A stretch of DNA of 64,000 nucleotides. Origin: a virus (taxonomy: Duplodnaviria > Heunggongvirae > Uroviricota > Caudoviricetes). The notes beneath the pieces are model-generated. The model was not told the origin of the DNA. It searched no databases and was given only the letters and a program-made list of their open reading frames with translations. A program made the translations under genes and the position numbers. Every line of letters begins with the position of its first letter. Positions within the stretch are counted from its first letter, which is position 1. Shown here piece by piece: positions 53,831 to 64,000 of this stretch. The stretch is from the IMG/VR virus record IMGVR_UViG_2734482597_000010; one strand, 5' to 3'.

Positions 53831-54528
53831 TGCAGGATATCCGGCAGGAAACACTGAATGAATGCACCCGTGCGGAGCAGTCGGCCAGCGTGGTGCTCTG
53901 GGAAATCGATCTGACAGAGGTCGGTGGAGAACGTTATTTTTTCTGTAATGAGCAGAACGAAAAAGGTGAGCCGGTCACCTGGCAGGGGCGACAGTATCAG
54001 CCGTATCCCATTCAGGGGAGTGGTTTTGAACTGAATGGCAAAGGCACCAGTACGCGCCCCACGCTGATGGTTTCTAACCTGTACGGTATGGTCACCGGGA
54101 TGGCGGAAGATCTACAGAGTCTGGTCGGCGGAACGGTGGTCCGGCGTAAGGTTTACGCCCGTTTTCTGGATGCGGTGAACTTCGTCAACGGAAACAGTGA
54201 CGCCGATCCGGAGCAGGAGGTGATCAGCCGCTGGCGCATTGAGCAGTGCAGCGAACTGAGCGCGGTGAGTGCCTCTTTTGTACTGTCCACGCCGACGGAA
54301 ACAGATGGCGCTGTTTTTCCGGGACGTATCATGCTGGCCAACACCTGCACCTGGACCTATCGCGGCGATGAGTGCGGTTATCACGGTCCGGCGGTCGCGG
54401 ATGAATATGACCAGCCAACGTCCGACATCACGAAGGATAAATGCAGCAAATGCCTGAGTGGCTGTAAGTTTCGCAATAACGTCGGCAACTTTGGCGGCTT
54501 CCTTTCCATTAACAAACTTTCGCAGTAA
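53830..54528 (+). CDS. L: minor tail protein L (232 aa)
   Basis: MQDIRQETLNECTRAEQSASVVLWEIDLTEVGGERYFF... Confidence 0.95.
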   Translation: MQDIRQETLNECTRAEQSASVVLWEIDLTEVGGERYFFCNEQNEKGEPVTWQGRQYQPYPIQGSGFELNGKGTSTRPTLMVSNLYGMVTGMAEDLQSLVGGTVVRRKVYARFLDAVNFVNGNSDADPEQEVISRWRIEQCSELSAVSASFVLSTPTETDGAVFPGRIMLANTCTWTYRGDECGYHGPAVADEYDQPTSDITKDKCSKCLSGCKFRNNVGNFGGFLSINKLSQ

Positions 54529-54533
54529 ATCCC

Positions 54534-55277
54534 ATGACAGAGACAGAATCAGCGATTCTGGCGCACGCCCGGCGATGTGCTCCAGCGGAGTCGTGCGGCT
54601 TCGTGGTAAGAACGCCGGAGGGGGAAAGATATTTCCCCTGCGTGAATATCTCCGGTGAGCCGGAGGCGTATTTCCGTATGTCGCCGGAAGACTGGCTGCA
54701 GGCAGAGATGCAGGGTGAGATTGTGGCACTGGTCCACAGCCACCCCGGTGGTCTGCCCTGGCTGAGTGAGGCCGACCGGCGGCTGCAGGTGCAGAGTGAT
54801 TTGCCGTGGTGGCTGGTCTGCCGGGGGGCGATTCACAAGTTCCGCTGTGTGCCACATCTTACCGGGCGGCGCTTTGAGCACGGGGTGACGGACTGTTACA
54901 CGCTGTTCCGGGATGCTTACCATCTGGCGGGGATTGAGATGCCGGATTTTCATCGTGAGGATGACTGGTGGCGTCACGGTCAGAATCTCTATCTGGATAA
55001 TCTGGAGGCCACAGGGCTGTATCAGGTGCCGTTGTCAGCGGCGCAGCCGGGCGATGTGCTGCTGTGCTGTTTTGGTTCATCGGTGCCGAATCATGCCGCC
55101 ATTTACTGTGGTGACGGCGAGCTGCTGCACCATATTCCTGAACAACTGAGCAAACGAGAGAGGTATACCGACAAATGGCAGCGACGCACACACTCCCTCT
55201 GGCGTCACCGGGCATGGCACGCATCTGCCTTTACGGGGATTTGCAACGATTTGGCCGCCGCATCGACCTTCGTGTGA
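54534..55277 (+). CDS. K: tail assembly protein K (NlpC/P60 + JAB-type)
   Basis: ORF as in the track; its 3' end overlaps I in another frame, so the true stop may be earlier. Confidence 0.8.
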   Translation: MTETESAILAHARRCAPAESCGFVVRTPEGERYFPCVNISGEPEAYFRMSPEDWLQAEMQGEIVALVHSHPGGLPWLSEADRRLQVQSDLPWWLVCRGAIHKFRCVPHLTGRRFEHGVTDCYTLFRDAYHLAGIEMPDFHREDDWWRHGQNLYLDNLEATGLYQVPLSAAQPGDVLLCCFGSSVPNHAAIYCGDGELLHHIPEQLSKRERYTDKWQRRTHSLWRHRAWHASAFTGICNDLAAASTFV

Positions 55278-55846
55278 AAACGGGTGCCGAAGCCATCCGG
55301 GCGATGGCCACACAGCTCCCTGCGTTTCGTCAGAAGCTGAGCGACGGCTGGTATCAGGTGCGTATTGCCGGGCAGGATGTTAGCACGTCCGGATTAACGG
55401 CACAGTTACATGAGGCTCTGCCTGACGGCGCTGTGATTCATATTGTTCCCAGAGTCGCCGGGGCCAAGTCAGGTGGTGTATTCCAGATTGTCCTGGGAGC
55501 AGCCGCCATTGCCGGATCATTCTTTACCGCCGGAGCCACCCTTGCAGCATGGGGGGCTGCCATTGGTGCCGGTGGTATGACCGGCATTCTGTTTTCTCTC
55601 GGTGCCAGTATGGTGCTCGGCGGTGTGGCTCAGATGCTGGCACCGAAAGCCAGAACTCCCCGCACACAGACAACGGATAACGGTAAGCAGAACACCTATT
55701 TCTCCTCACTGGATAACATGGTTGCCCAGGGCAATGTTATGCCTGTTCTGTATGGTGAAATGCGCGTGGGGTCACGTGTGGTATCTCAGGAGATCAGCAC
55801 GGCAGACGAAGGGGACGGTGGTCAGGTTGTGGTGATTGGTCGCTGA
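55175..55846 (+). CDS. I: tail assembly protein I (223 aa)
   Basis: Length and sequence as lambda gpI. Confidence 0.9.
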   Translation: MAATHTLPLASPGMARICLYGDLQRFGRRIDLRVKTGAEAIRAMATQLPAFRQKLSDGWYQVRIAGQDVSTSGLTAQLHEALPDGAVIHIVPRVAGAKSGGVFQIVLGAAAIAGSFFTAGATLAAWGAAIGAGGMTGILFSLGASMVLGGVAQMLAPKARTPRTQTTDNGKQNTYFSSLDNMVAQGNVMPVLYGEMRVGSRVVSQEISTADEGDGGQVVVIGR

Positions 55847-55906
55847 TGCAAAATGTTTTATGTGAAATCGCCTCCGGGCGGTTTTATCGTTTATGGAGCA
55901 TGACGA

Positions 55907-58900
55907 ATGGGTAAAGGCAGCAGTAAGGGGCATACCCCGCGCGAAGCGAAGGACAACCTGAAGTCCACGCAGCTGCTGAGTGTGATCGATGCCATCAGCG
56001 AAGGGCCGGTTGAAGGTCCGGTGGATGGATTAAAAAGCGTGCTGCTGAACAGTACGCCGGTGCTGGACAGTGAGGGGAATACCAACATCTCCGGCGTCAC
56101 GGTGGTGTTCCGGGCAGGTGAGCAGGAGCAGTCACCGCCGGAGGGATTTGAATCCTCCGGCTCCGAGACGGTGCTGGGTACGGAAGTGAAATATGACACG
56201 CCGATCACCCGGACCATCACGTCGGCAAACATTGACCGACTGCGTTTTACCTTCGGTGTACAGGCACTGGTGGAAACCACCTCAAAGGGAGACAGGAATC
56301 CGTCTGAAGTTCGCCTGCTGGTTCAGATACAGCGTAACGGTGGCTGGGTGACGGAAAAAGACATCACCATTAAGGGCAAAACCACCTCGCAGTATCTGGC
56401 CTCGGTGGTGGTGGATAACCTGCCGCCGCGCCCGTTTAATATCCGGATGCGCAGAATGACGCCGGACAGCACCACAGACCAGCTGCAGAACAAAACGCTC
56501 TGGTCGTCATACACCGAAATCATCGATGTGAAACAGTGCTACCCGAACACGGCACTGGTCGGCGTACAGGTGGATTCGGAGCAGTTCGGCAGCCAGCAGG
56601 TGAGCCGTAATTATCATCTTCGCGGGCGCATTCTGCAGGTGCCGTCGAACTATAATCCGCAGACGCGGCAATACAGCGGTATCTGGGACGGAACGTTAAA
56701 ACCGGCATACAGCAACAACATGGCCTGGTGTCTGTGGGATATGCTGACCCATCCGCGCTATGGCATGGGGAAACGTCTTGGTGCGGCAGATGTGGATAAA
56801 TGGGCGCTGTATGTCATCGGCCAGTACTGTGACCAGTCGGTGCCGGACGGCTTTGGCAGCACGGAGCCGCGCATCACCTGTAATGCCTGGCTGACCACAC
56901 AGCGCAAGGCGTGGGATGTGCTCAGTGATTTCTGCTCGGCGATGCGCTGTATGCCGGTATGGAACGGGCAGACGCTGACGTTCGTGCAGGACCGACAGTC
57001 GGATAAGGTGTGGGCCTATAACCGCAGTAATGTGGTGATGCCGGATGATGGCGCGCCGTTCCGCTACAGTTTCAGCGCCCTGAAAGACCGCCATAATGCC
57101 GTTGAGGTGAACTGGATTGACCCGGATAACGGCTGGGAGACGGCGACAGAGCTTGTGGAGGATACGCAGGCCATTGTCCGTTACGGTCGTAACGTCACGA
57201 AGATGGATGCCTTTGGCTGTACCAGCCGGGGGCAGGCACACCGCGCCGGGCTGTGGCTGATTAAAACGGAACTGCTGGAGACGCAGACCGTGGATTTCAG
57301 CGTGGGTGCTGAAGGGCTTCGTCATGTACCGGGCGATGTCATTGAAATCTGCGATGATGACTATGCCGGTATCCGCACCGGCGGGCGCGTGCTGGCGGTG
57401 AACAGCCAGACCCGGACGCTGACGCTCGACCGTGAAATCACGCTGCCATCCTCCGGCACCACGCTGATAAGCCTGGTTGACGGGCAGGGGAATCCGGTCA
57501 GCGTGGAGGTCCAGTCCGTCACCGACGGCGTGAAGGTAAAAGTGAGCCGTGTTCCTGACGGTGTTGCTGAATACAGCGTGTGGGGGCTGAAGCTGCCGAC
57601 GCTGCACCAGCGATTGTTCCGCTGCGTGAGTANNNNNNNNNNNNNNNNNNNNNNNNNNNNNNNNNNNNNNNNNNNNNNNNNNNNNNNNNNNNNNNNNNNN
57701 NNNNNNNNNNNNNNNNNNNNNNNNNNNNNNNNNNNNNNNNNNNNNNNNNNNNNNNNNNNNNNNNNNNNNNNNNNNNNNNNNNNNNNNNNNNNNNNNNNNN
57801 NNNNNNNNNNNNNNNNNNNNNNNNNNNNNNNNNNNNNNNNNNNNNNNNNNNNNNNNNNNNNNNNNNNNNNNNNNNNNNNNNNNNNNNNNNNNNNNNNNNN
57901 NNNNNNNNNNNNNNNNNNNNNNNNNNNNNNNNNNNNNNNNNNNNNNNNNNNNGCTGACAGTCCGGGCAGTAAATGCGTGGGGGCAGCAGGNNNNNNNNNN
58001 NNNNNNNNNNNNNNNNNNNNNNNNNNNNNNNNNNNNNNNNNNNNNNNNNNNNNNNNNNNNNNNNNNNNNNNNNNNNNNNNNNNNNNNNNNNNNNNNNNNN
58101 NNNNNNNNNNNNNNNNNNNNNNNNNNNNNNNNNNNNNNNNNNNNNNNNNNNNNNNNNNNNNNNNNNNNNNNNNNNNNNNNNNNNNNNNNNNNNNNNNNNN
58201 NNNNNNNNNNNNNNNNNNNNNNNNNNNNNNNNNNNNNNNNTGATTATTACTTTTATATCCGCAGTGTGAACACCGTTGGCAAATCGGCATTCGTGGAGGC
58301 TGTTGGTCAGCCGAGTGATGATGCATCCGGTTATCTGGATTTTTTCAAAGGCGAGATAGGGAAAACCCATCTGGCTCAGGAGCTGTGGACGCAGATTGAT
58401 AACGGTCAGCTTGCGCCTGACCTGGCTGAAATCAGGACGTCCATTACGGATGTCAGCAATGAAATCACGCAGACCGTCAATAAGAAACTGGAAGACCAGA
58501 GTGCGGCAATTCAGCAGATACAGAAGGTTCAGGTTGATACAAATAATAACCTGAACAGCATGTGGGCTGTGAAGCTGCAGCAGATGCAGGACGGACGCCT
58601 TTATATCGCGGGTATTGGTGCCGGTATTGAGAACACCCCTGACGGCATGCAGAGTCAGGTGCTGCTGGCGGCGGACAGGATTGCGATGGTTAATCCTGCG
58701 AATGGCAACACAAAACCGATGTTTGTTGGTCAGGGCGATCAGATATTCATGAACGACGTGTTCCTGAAACGCCTGACGGCCCCCACCATTACCAGCGGTG
58801 GAAATCCATCGGCATTTTCCCTGACTCCGGACGGAAAGCTGACCGCTAAAAATGCGGATATCAGTGGCAGTGTGAATGCGAACGCCGGGACGCTCAACAA

Positions 58901-59390
58901 TGTCACGGTAAATGAAAACTGTACGATTAAGGGCATGCTGGAGGCGACTCAGGTCAGAGGTGACTTCGTTAAAGCTGTATCCAAATCATTTCCGAAACAG
59001 GCTGGTACGTGGGGTAACACGGAAACACCAAACGGGACGGTTACAGTCACCATAAGCGATGATCATAACTTTGACCGCCAGATTATTATTCCGCCCATTA
59101 TTTTTAACGGTATAGCGTATGACGATCCGGGGAGCGGAAATAACCCAGGAGGCACGCGATACACGGGTTATGGTTTTGAAGTTCGCAAAAACGGCGTATT
59201 AATCGCATCCAGAGAAACTAAAGGTGCCATTCCCGGTAGTTACAGTGCAGTTATTGATATGCCTAGTGGTGGTGGTAGCGTCACTCTGGAGTTTAAGATT
59301 TTCCAGAAAGGCAATCAGGGGGCAGGCAATATCACCGACTGTACGGTGATTGTGACCAAAAAAGCGGCTTCCGGCATCAGTATTCGTTGA
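55907..59390 (+). CDS. J: host specificity / tip attachment protein J, interrupted by N runs 57633-57952 and 57991-58240
   Basis: N-terminal ORF 55907.. and C-terminal ORF ..59390 are both J-like; the frame discontinuity is attributable to the N runs. Confidence 0.85.
57633..57952. other. assembly gap (320 N) inside J
   Basis: Run of N. Confidence 1.
57991..58240. other. assembly gap (250 N) inside J
   Basis: Run of N. Confidence 1.
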
Positions 59391-59412
59391 AATATTTATA
59401 ACCCCAATAAAT

Positions 59413-59436
59413 GGCGTCAGGAATGACGCCTTTTTT
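59413..59436 (+). terminator. intrinsic terminator after J
   Basis: GGCGTCA-GGAA-TGACGCC followed by TTTTTT. Confidence 0.6.
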
Positions 59437-59460
59437 ATTGCAGAAAAGCGAGAGGTAATT

Positions 59461-60264
59461 ATGCGTAAAGTTTGTGCAGCCATTTTGTCCGCAGCCATTT
59501 GCCTGGCCGTATCCGGTGCGCCTGCATGGGCGTCTGAACATCAGTCCACGCTGAGCGCGGGGTATCTTCATGCCCGGACCAACGTTCCCGGCAGTGATGA
59601 TCTGAACGGGATTAACGTGAAATACCGTTATGAGTTTACGGATACGCTGGGGCTGGTGACGTCATTCAGCTATGCAGGAGACAAGAATCGCCAGCTGACC
59701 CGTTACAGCGATACCCGCTGGCATGAAGATTCCGTGCGTAACCGCTGGTTCAGCGTGATGGCGGGGCCGTCTGTGCGCGTGAATGAATGGTTCAGCGCGT
59801 ATGCGATGGCGGGTGTGGCTTACAGCCGTGTGTCGACTTTCTCCGGGGATTATCTCCGCGTAACTGACAACAAGGGGAAAACGCACGACGTGCTGACCGG
59901 AAGTGATGACGGTCGCCACAGCAACACGTCTCTGGCGTGGGGAGCTGGCGTGCAGTTTAACCCGACCGAATCCGTGGCCATTGATATTGCTTATGAAGGC
60001 TCCGNNNNNNNNNNNNNNNNNNNNNNNNNNNNNNNNNNNNNNNNNNNNNNNNNNNNNNNNNNNNNNNNNNNNNNNNNNNNNNNNNNNNNNNNNNNNNNNN
60101 NNNNNNNNNNNNNNNNNNNNNNNNNNNNNNNNNNNNNNNNNNNNNNNNNNNNNNNNNNNNNNNNNNNNNNNNNNNNNNNNNNNNNNNNNNNNNNNNNNNN
60201 NNNNNNNNNNNNNNNNNNNNNNNNNNNNNNNNNNNNNNNNNNNNNNNNNNNNNNTCGGTTATAA
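59461..60264 (+). CDS. lom: outer membrane protein Lom (Ail/Lom family); 3' end lies in N run 60005-60254
   Basis: MRKVCAAILSAAICLAVSGAPAWASEHQSTLSAGYLHARTN...; signal peptide; the true stop is probably inside the gap. Confidence 0.8.
   Translation: MRKVCAAILSAAICLAVSGAPAWASEHQSTLSAGYLHARTNVPGSDDLNGINVKYRYEFTDTLGLVTSFSYAGDKNRQLTRYSDTRWHEDSVRNRWFSVMAGPSVRVNEWFSAYAMAGVAYSRVSTFSGDYLRVTDNKGKTHDVLTGSDDGRHSNTSLAWGAGVQFNPTESVAIDIAYEGSXXXXXXXXXXXXXXXXXXXXXXXXXXXXXXXXXXXXXXXXXXXXXXXXXXXXXXXXXXXXXXXXXXXXXXXXXXXXXXXXXXXXRL
60005..60254. other. assembly gap (250 N) at the 3' end of lom
   Basis: Run of N. Confidence 1.
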
Positions 60265-60298
60265 ATTCTGATTAGCCAGGTAACACAGTGTTATGACA

Positions 60299-60324
60299 GC
60301 CCGCCGGTTCAGGCGGGCTTTTTT
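60299..60324 (+). terminator. intrinsic terminator after lom
   Basis: GCCCGCC-GGTTCA-GGCGGGC followed by TTTTTTG. Confidence 0.6.
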
Positions 60325-60335
60325 GTGGGGTGAAT

Positions 60336-63300
60336 ATGGCAGTAAAGATTTCAGGTGTACTGAAAGACGGCACAGGAAAACCGGTACAGAACTGCACAAT
60401 CCAGCTGAAAGCAAAACGTAACAGCACCACGGTGGTGGTGAACACGCTGGCCTCAGAAAATCCGGATGAAGCCGGGCGTTACAGCATGGACGTTGAGTAC
60501 GGTCAGTACAGCGTTATTCTGTTGGTGGAAGGATTCCCGCCGTCACATGCCGGGACCATCACCGTGTATGAAGATTCCCGACCCGGTACGCTGAATGATT
60601 TTCTCGGTGCCATGACGGAGGATGATGCCCGTCCGGAGGCACTGCGCCGTTTTGAGCTGATGGTGGAAGAGGTGGCGCGTAACGCGTCCGCGGTGGCACA
60701 GAACACGGCAGCCGCGAAGAAATCAGCCAGCGATGCCAGCACATCAGCCCGTGAGGCGGCAACCCATGCGACTGATGCTGCAGATTCAGCACGTGCAGCC
60801 AGCACGTCAGCCGGACAGGCCGCTTCGTCGGCTCAGTCAGCGTCTTCCAGCGCAGGAACGGCATCAACAAAGGCCACTGAAGCCTCAAAAAGTGCTGCCG
60901 CTGCAGAGTCCTCAAAAAGCGCGGCGGCTACCAGTGCCGGTGCGGCGAAAACGTTAGAAACGAATGCGGCAGCGTCACAACAATCAGCAGCCACTTCTGC
61001 ATCCACCGCGACCACGAAAGCGTCAGAAGCTGCCACCTCAGCCCGGGATGCGTCGGCTTCAAAAGAGGCGGCAAAATCATCAGAAACGAACGCATCATCA
61101 AGCGCCAGTAGCGCAGCTTCCTCGGCGACGGCGGCTGCAAATTCTGCGAAGGCGGCCAAAACGTCCGAGACGAACGCCAGGTCTTCTGAAACGGCAGCGG
61201 GACAGAGTGCCTCAGCTGCGGCAGGCTCAAAAACAGCGGCTGCGTCGTCTGCCAGCGCCGCGTCAACAAGTGCCGGGCAGGCCTCAGCCAGTGCCACCGC
61301 CGCCGGAAAATCGGCAGAAAGCGCCGCATCATCCGCTTCAACAGCCACAACGAAGGCTGGCGAAGCCACTGAGCAGGCCACGGCAGCAGCGAGGTCAGCT
61401 TCCGCAGCGAAGACATCCGAAACGAACGCGAAAGCGTCGGAAACCCGTGCAGAATCCTCAAAAACGGCTGCCGCATCGTCCGCCAGTTCGGCGGCGTCAT
61501 CGGCATCATCGGCGTCTGCTTCAAAAGATGAGGCGACCAGACAGGCGTCAGCAGCGAAGGGCAGCGCCACGACGGCATCCACGAAGGCGACAGAGGCTGC
61601 TGGTAGTGCGACGGCAGCAGCTCAGAGCAAAAGTACGGCGGAATCTGCAGCAACGCGCGCTGAGACAGCGGCAAAACGGGCAGAGGATATTGCATCCGCC
61701 GTGGCGCTTGAGGATGCGAGCACGACGAAAAAGGGGATAGTACAGCTCAGTAGTGCGACTAACAGCACTTCCGAGTCACTGGCGGCAACACCAAAAGCCG
61801 TTAAGGCCGCGTATGACCTGGCTAACGGGAAATACACCGCACAGGATGCAACGACAGCACAGAAAGGGATAATCCAGCTAAGCAGCGCGACCAACAGCAC
61901 GTCTGAAACGCTGGCGGCAACGCCAAAGGCAGTAAAAGCAGCCAATGACAATGCTGAGAAACGTCTGCAGAAAGATCAGAACGGTGCGGATATCCCTGGC
62001 AAAGACACCTTTACGAAAAATATTGGTGCCTGCCGTGCCTTCGGTGGGTCAGTAAGCACAACAACAGGAAACTGGACGACTGCACAGTTTATCGAGTGGC
62101 TGGATTCTCAGGGAGCATTTAACCATCCATACTGGATGTGCAAGGGTTCCTGGTCTTATGGCAATAATAAAATCATTACTGATACTGGCTGCGGTAATAT
62201 TCATCTCGCCGGAGCTGTCATTGAAGTAATGGGGATAAAGTCAGCGATGACGATCCGCATTACCACTCCGACCACATCCAGCGGTGGCGGAACAACCAAC
62301 GCCCAGTTTACCTATATTAATCACGGAACAGATTATTCACCTGGCTGGCGAAGGGACTATAACTCCAGAAATAAGCCAACGGCATCAGAGATCGGGGCGC
62401 TACCGTCAGGTGGAACAGCAGTATCATCAGTTAATCTGGCTTCAAAAGGTCGGGTAGCCGCGCTGACAGACAATACGCAGGGGGCAGCAGGTCTTGAGTT
62501 ATACGAGGTGTATAACAACGGATATCCAACAGCGTATGGAAATATCATTCACCTGAAAGGGATGACAGCCGTTGGCGAAGGTGAGTTACTCATCGGCTGG
62601 AGTGGTACAAGCGGTGCTCATGCTCCGGCATTTATTCGTTCACGACGGGATACGACCGACGCAAACTGGTCGCCGTGGGCGCAGCTTTACACCTCGGCTC
62701 ATCCTCCTGCAGAGTTTTATCCAGTCGGTGCACCAATCCCGTGGCCATCAGATACCGTTCCGTCTGGTTATGCCCTGATGCAGGGGCAGACTTTTGACAA
62801 ATCTGCTTACCCGAAACTTGCAGCCGCTTATCCGTCAGGCGTGATCCCTGATATGCGTGGCTGGACGATTAAGGGCAAGCCCGCCAGTGGTCGTGCCGTA
62901 TTGTCTCAGGAACAGGATGGCATTAAATCGCACACCCACAGCGCCAGCGCATCCAGTACGGATTTGGGGACGAAAACCACATCGTCGTTTGATTACGGCA
63001 CTAAATCCACGAATAACACCGGGGCGCATACGCACAGTCTGAGCGGCTCTACAAGTTCAGCTGGGGCCCACCAACATAGTCAGACTGGGCCCAGAACGAA
63101 TAGCGGGAGTCAACCTACTGGAATGTTTCCGGCAGGGAGTACTCAAGTTAGCGGGACTAATCAGGTTGGTATCAGTGGCTCATTAACCAGTGGCACCTCC
63201 CAATGGGTAGGTAAATCATCTTCAGAAGGAAACCATACACACTCACTGTCCGGCACAGCAGCATCTGCGGGTGCACACGCGCATACTGTCGGTATTGGTG

Positions 63301-63419
63301 CTCATACGCACTCTGTTGCGATTGGTTCACATGGACACACCATCACCGTTAACGCTGCTGGTAACGCGGAAAACACCGTCAAAAACATCGCATTTAACTA
63401 TATTGTGAGGCTCGCATAA
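60336..63419 (+). CDS. stf: side tail fibre protein Stf, intact (about 1027 aa)
   Basis: [34 protein letters not shown]...; long Ala/Ser/Thr-rich repeat region and HxH-rich C-terminal domain. Confidence 0.85.
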   Translation: MAVKISGVLKDGTGKPVQNCTIQLKAKRNSTTVVVNTLASENPDEAGRYSMDVEYGQYSVILLVEGFPPSHAGTITVYEDSRPGTLNDFLGAMTEDDARPEALRRFELMVEEVARNASAVAQNTAAAKKSASDASTSAREAATHATDAADSARAASTSAGQAASSAQSASSSAGTASTKATEASKSAAAAESSKSAAATSAGAAKTLETNAAASQQSAATSASTATTKASEAATSARDASASKEAAKSSETNASSSASSAASSATAAANSAKAAKTSETNARSSETAAGQSASAAAGSKTAAASSASAASTSAGQASASATAAGKSAESAASSASTATTKAGEATEQATAAARSASAAKTSETNAKASETRAESSKTAAASSASSAASSASSASASKDEATRQASAAKGSATTASTKATEAAGSATAAAQSKSTAESAATRAETAAKRAEDIASAVALEDASTTKKGIVQLSSATNSTSESLAATPKAVKAAYDLANGKYTAQDATTAQKGIIQLSSATNSTSETLAATPKAVKAANDNAEKRLQKDQNGADIPGKDTFTKNIGACRAFGGSVSTTTGNWTTAQFIEWLDSQGAFNHPYWMCKGSWSYGNNKIITDTGCGNIHLAGAVIEVMGIKSAMTIRITTPTTSSGGGTTNAQFTYINHGTDYSPGWRRDYNSRNKPTASEIGALPSGGTAVSSVNLASKGRVAALTDNTQGAAGLELYEVYNNGYPTAYGNIIHLKGMTAVGEGELLIGWSGTSGAHAPAFIRSRRDTTDANWSPWAQLYTSAHPPAEFYPVGAPIPWPSDTVPSGYALMQGQTFDKSAYPKLAAAYPSGVIPDMRGWTIKGKPASGRAVLSQEQDGIKSHTHSASASSTDLGTKTTSSFDYGTKSTNNTGAHTHSLSGSTSSAGAHQHSQTGPRTNSGSQPTGMFPAGSTQVSGTNQVGISGSLTSGTSQWVGKSSSEGNHTHSLSGTAASAGAHAHTVGIGAHTHSVAIGSHGHTITVNAAGNAENTVKNIAFNYIVRLA

Positions 63420-64000
63420 TGGCATTCAGAATGAGTGAACAAGCACGGACCATAAAAATTTATAACCTGCTGGCCGGAACTAATGAATTTATTGGTGAAG
63501 GTGACGCATATATTCCGCCTCATACAGGTCTGCCTGCAAACAGTACCGATATTGCACCGCCAGATATTCCGGCTGGTTTCGTGGCTGTTTTCAACAGTGA
63601 TGAGTCATCGTGGCATCTCGTTGAAGATCATCGGGGTAAAACGGTTTATGACGTGGCTTCCGGCGACGCGTTATTTATTTCTGAACTCGGCTCATTACCG
63701 GAAAATGTCACCTGGTTATCCCCGGAAGGGGAGTTTCAGAAGTGGAACGGCACAGCCTGGGTGAAGGATACGGAAGCAGAAAAACTGTTCCGGATCCGGG
63801 AGGCGGAAGAAACAAAAAACAGCCTGATGCAGGTAGCCAGTGAGCATATAGCGCCGCTTCAGGATGCTGTGGATCTGGAGATCGCAACGGAGAAAGAAAC
63901 CTTGTTGCTGGAAGCTTGGAAAAAGTATCGGGTGTTGCTGAACCGTGTTGATACATCAACTGCACCGGATATTGAATGGCCAGTAGCACCTATAGGGTAA
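63419..64000 (+). CDS. tfa: tail fibre assembly protein Tfa (193 aa)
   Basis: [31 protein letters not shown]...; stop TAA is the last codon of the window. Confidence 0.85.
   Translation: MAFRMSEQARTIKIYNLLAGTNEFIGEGDAYIPPHTGLPANSTDIAPPDIPAGFVAVFNSDESSWHLVEDHRGKTVYDVASGDALFISELGSLPENVTWLSPEGEFQKWNGTAWVKDTEAEKLFRIREAEETKNSLMQVASEHIAPLQDAVDLEIATEKETLLLEAWKKYRVLLNRVDTSTAPDIEWPVAPIG

Noticed and set aside
60503-61951. Long minus-strand and alternative-frame ORFs (100-258 aa) overlapping stf
   Set aside because: They lie entirely inside the Ala/Ser/Thr-rich repeat tract of stf; GC-rich repetitive codons keep other frames open. The Pro/Arg-rich low-complexity translations are not protein-like.

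Overview
The window is Escherichia coli prophage DNA in three parts. (1) Positions 1-38868 are a Rac-like lambdoid prophage, all calls resting on my recollection of K-12 proteins: ralR, recT, recE, racC, ydaE, kilR, sieB, ydaG/ydaF, racR, ydaS, ydaT, ydaU, ydaV, then a full-length ydaW and a nin/late region that K-12 Rac has lost (Q-like antiterminator, phage-21-type holin / SAR endolysin / Rz-Rz1, trkG). These are followed by a ParB-like gene, terminase, portal, head and siphovirus tail genes, a tape measure, and lambda-like M-L-K-I with the first 38 codons of J. (2) A single N at 38869 joins this to an IS2 right-end fragment and ydfO-/ydfK-like genes; I read it as a scaffold junction, so the two halves may not be contiguous in the genome. 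(3) Positions 40403-64000 are co-linear with the left arm of phage lambda, from cos through Nu1, A, W, B, C/Nu3, D, E, FI, FII, Z, U, V, G/T, H, M, L, K, I, J, lom, stf and tfa. Seven N runs interrupt ydaV, the holin, K/I, J (twice), lom and the J junction. The two candidates for something undescribed are both morons in the Rac-like late region: an AT-rich two-gene cassette with its own promoter signals whose first protein carries an R-N-x-x-x-H (HEPN-like) motif (about 10.0-12.2 kb), and a promoter-to-terminator unit between Q and the lysis genes encoding two tandem outer-membrane lipoproteins with a TolA C-terminal-domain-like fold (16.36-17.54 kb). Smaller observations include a truncated ralR, a YeaR-like cargo gene, a cos site that differs from the lambda cosN I remember, and a ParB-like/DxD-protein pair upstream of the terminase. 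No rRNA, tRNA or CRISPR array was seen. All homology statements are from memory of known sequences and motif reading, not from database searches.
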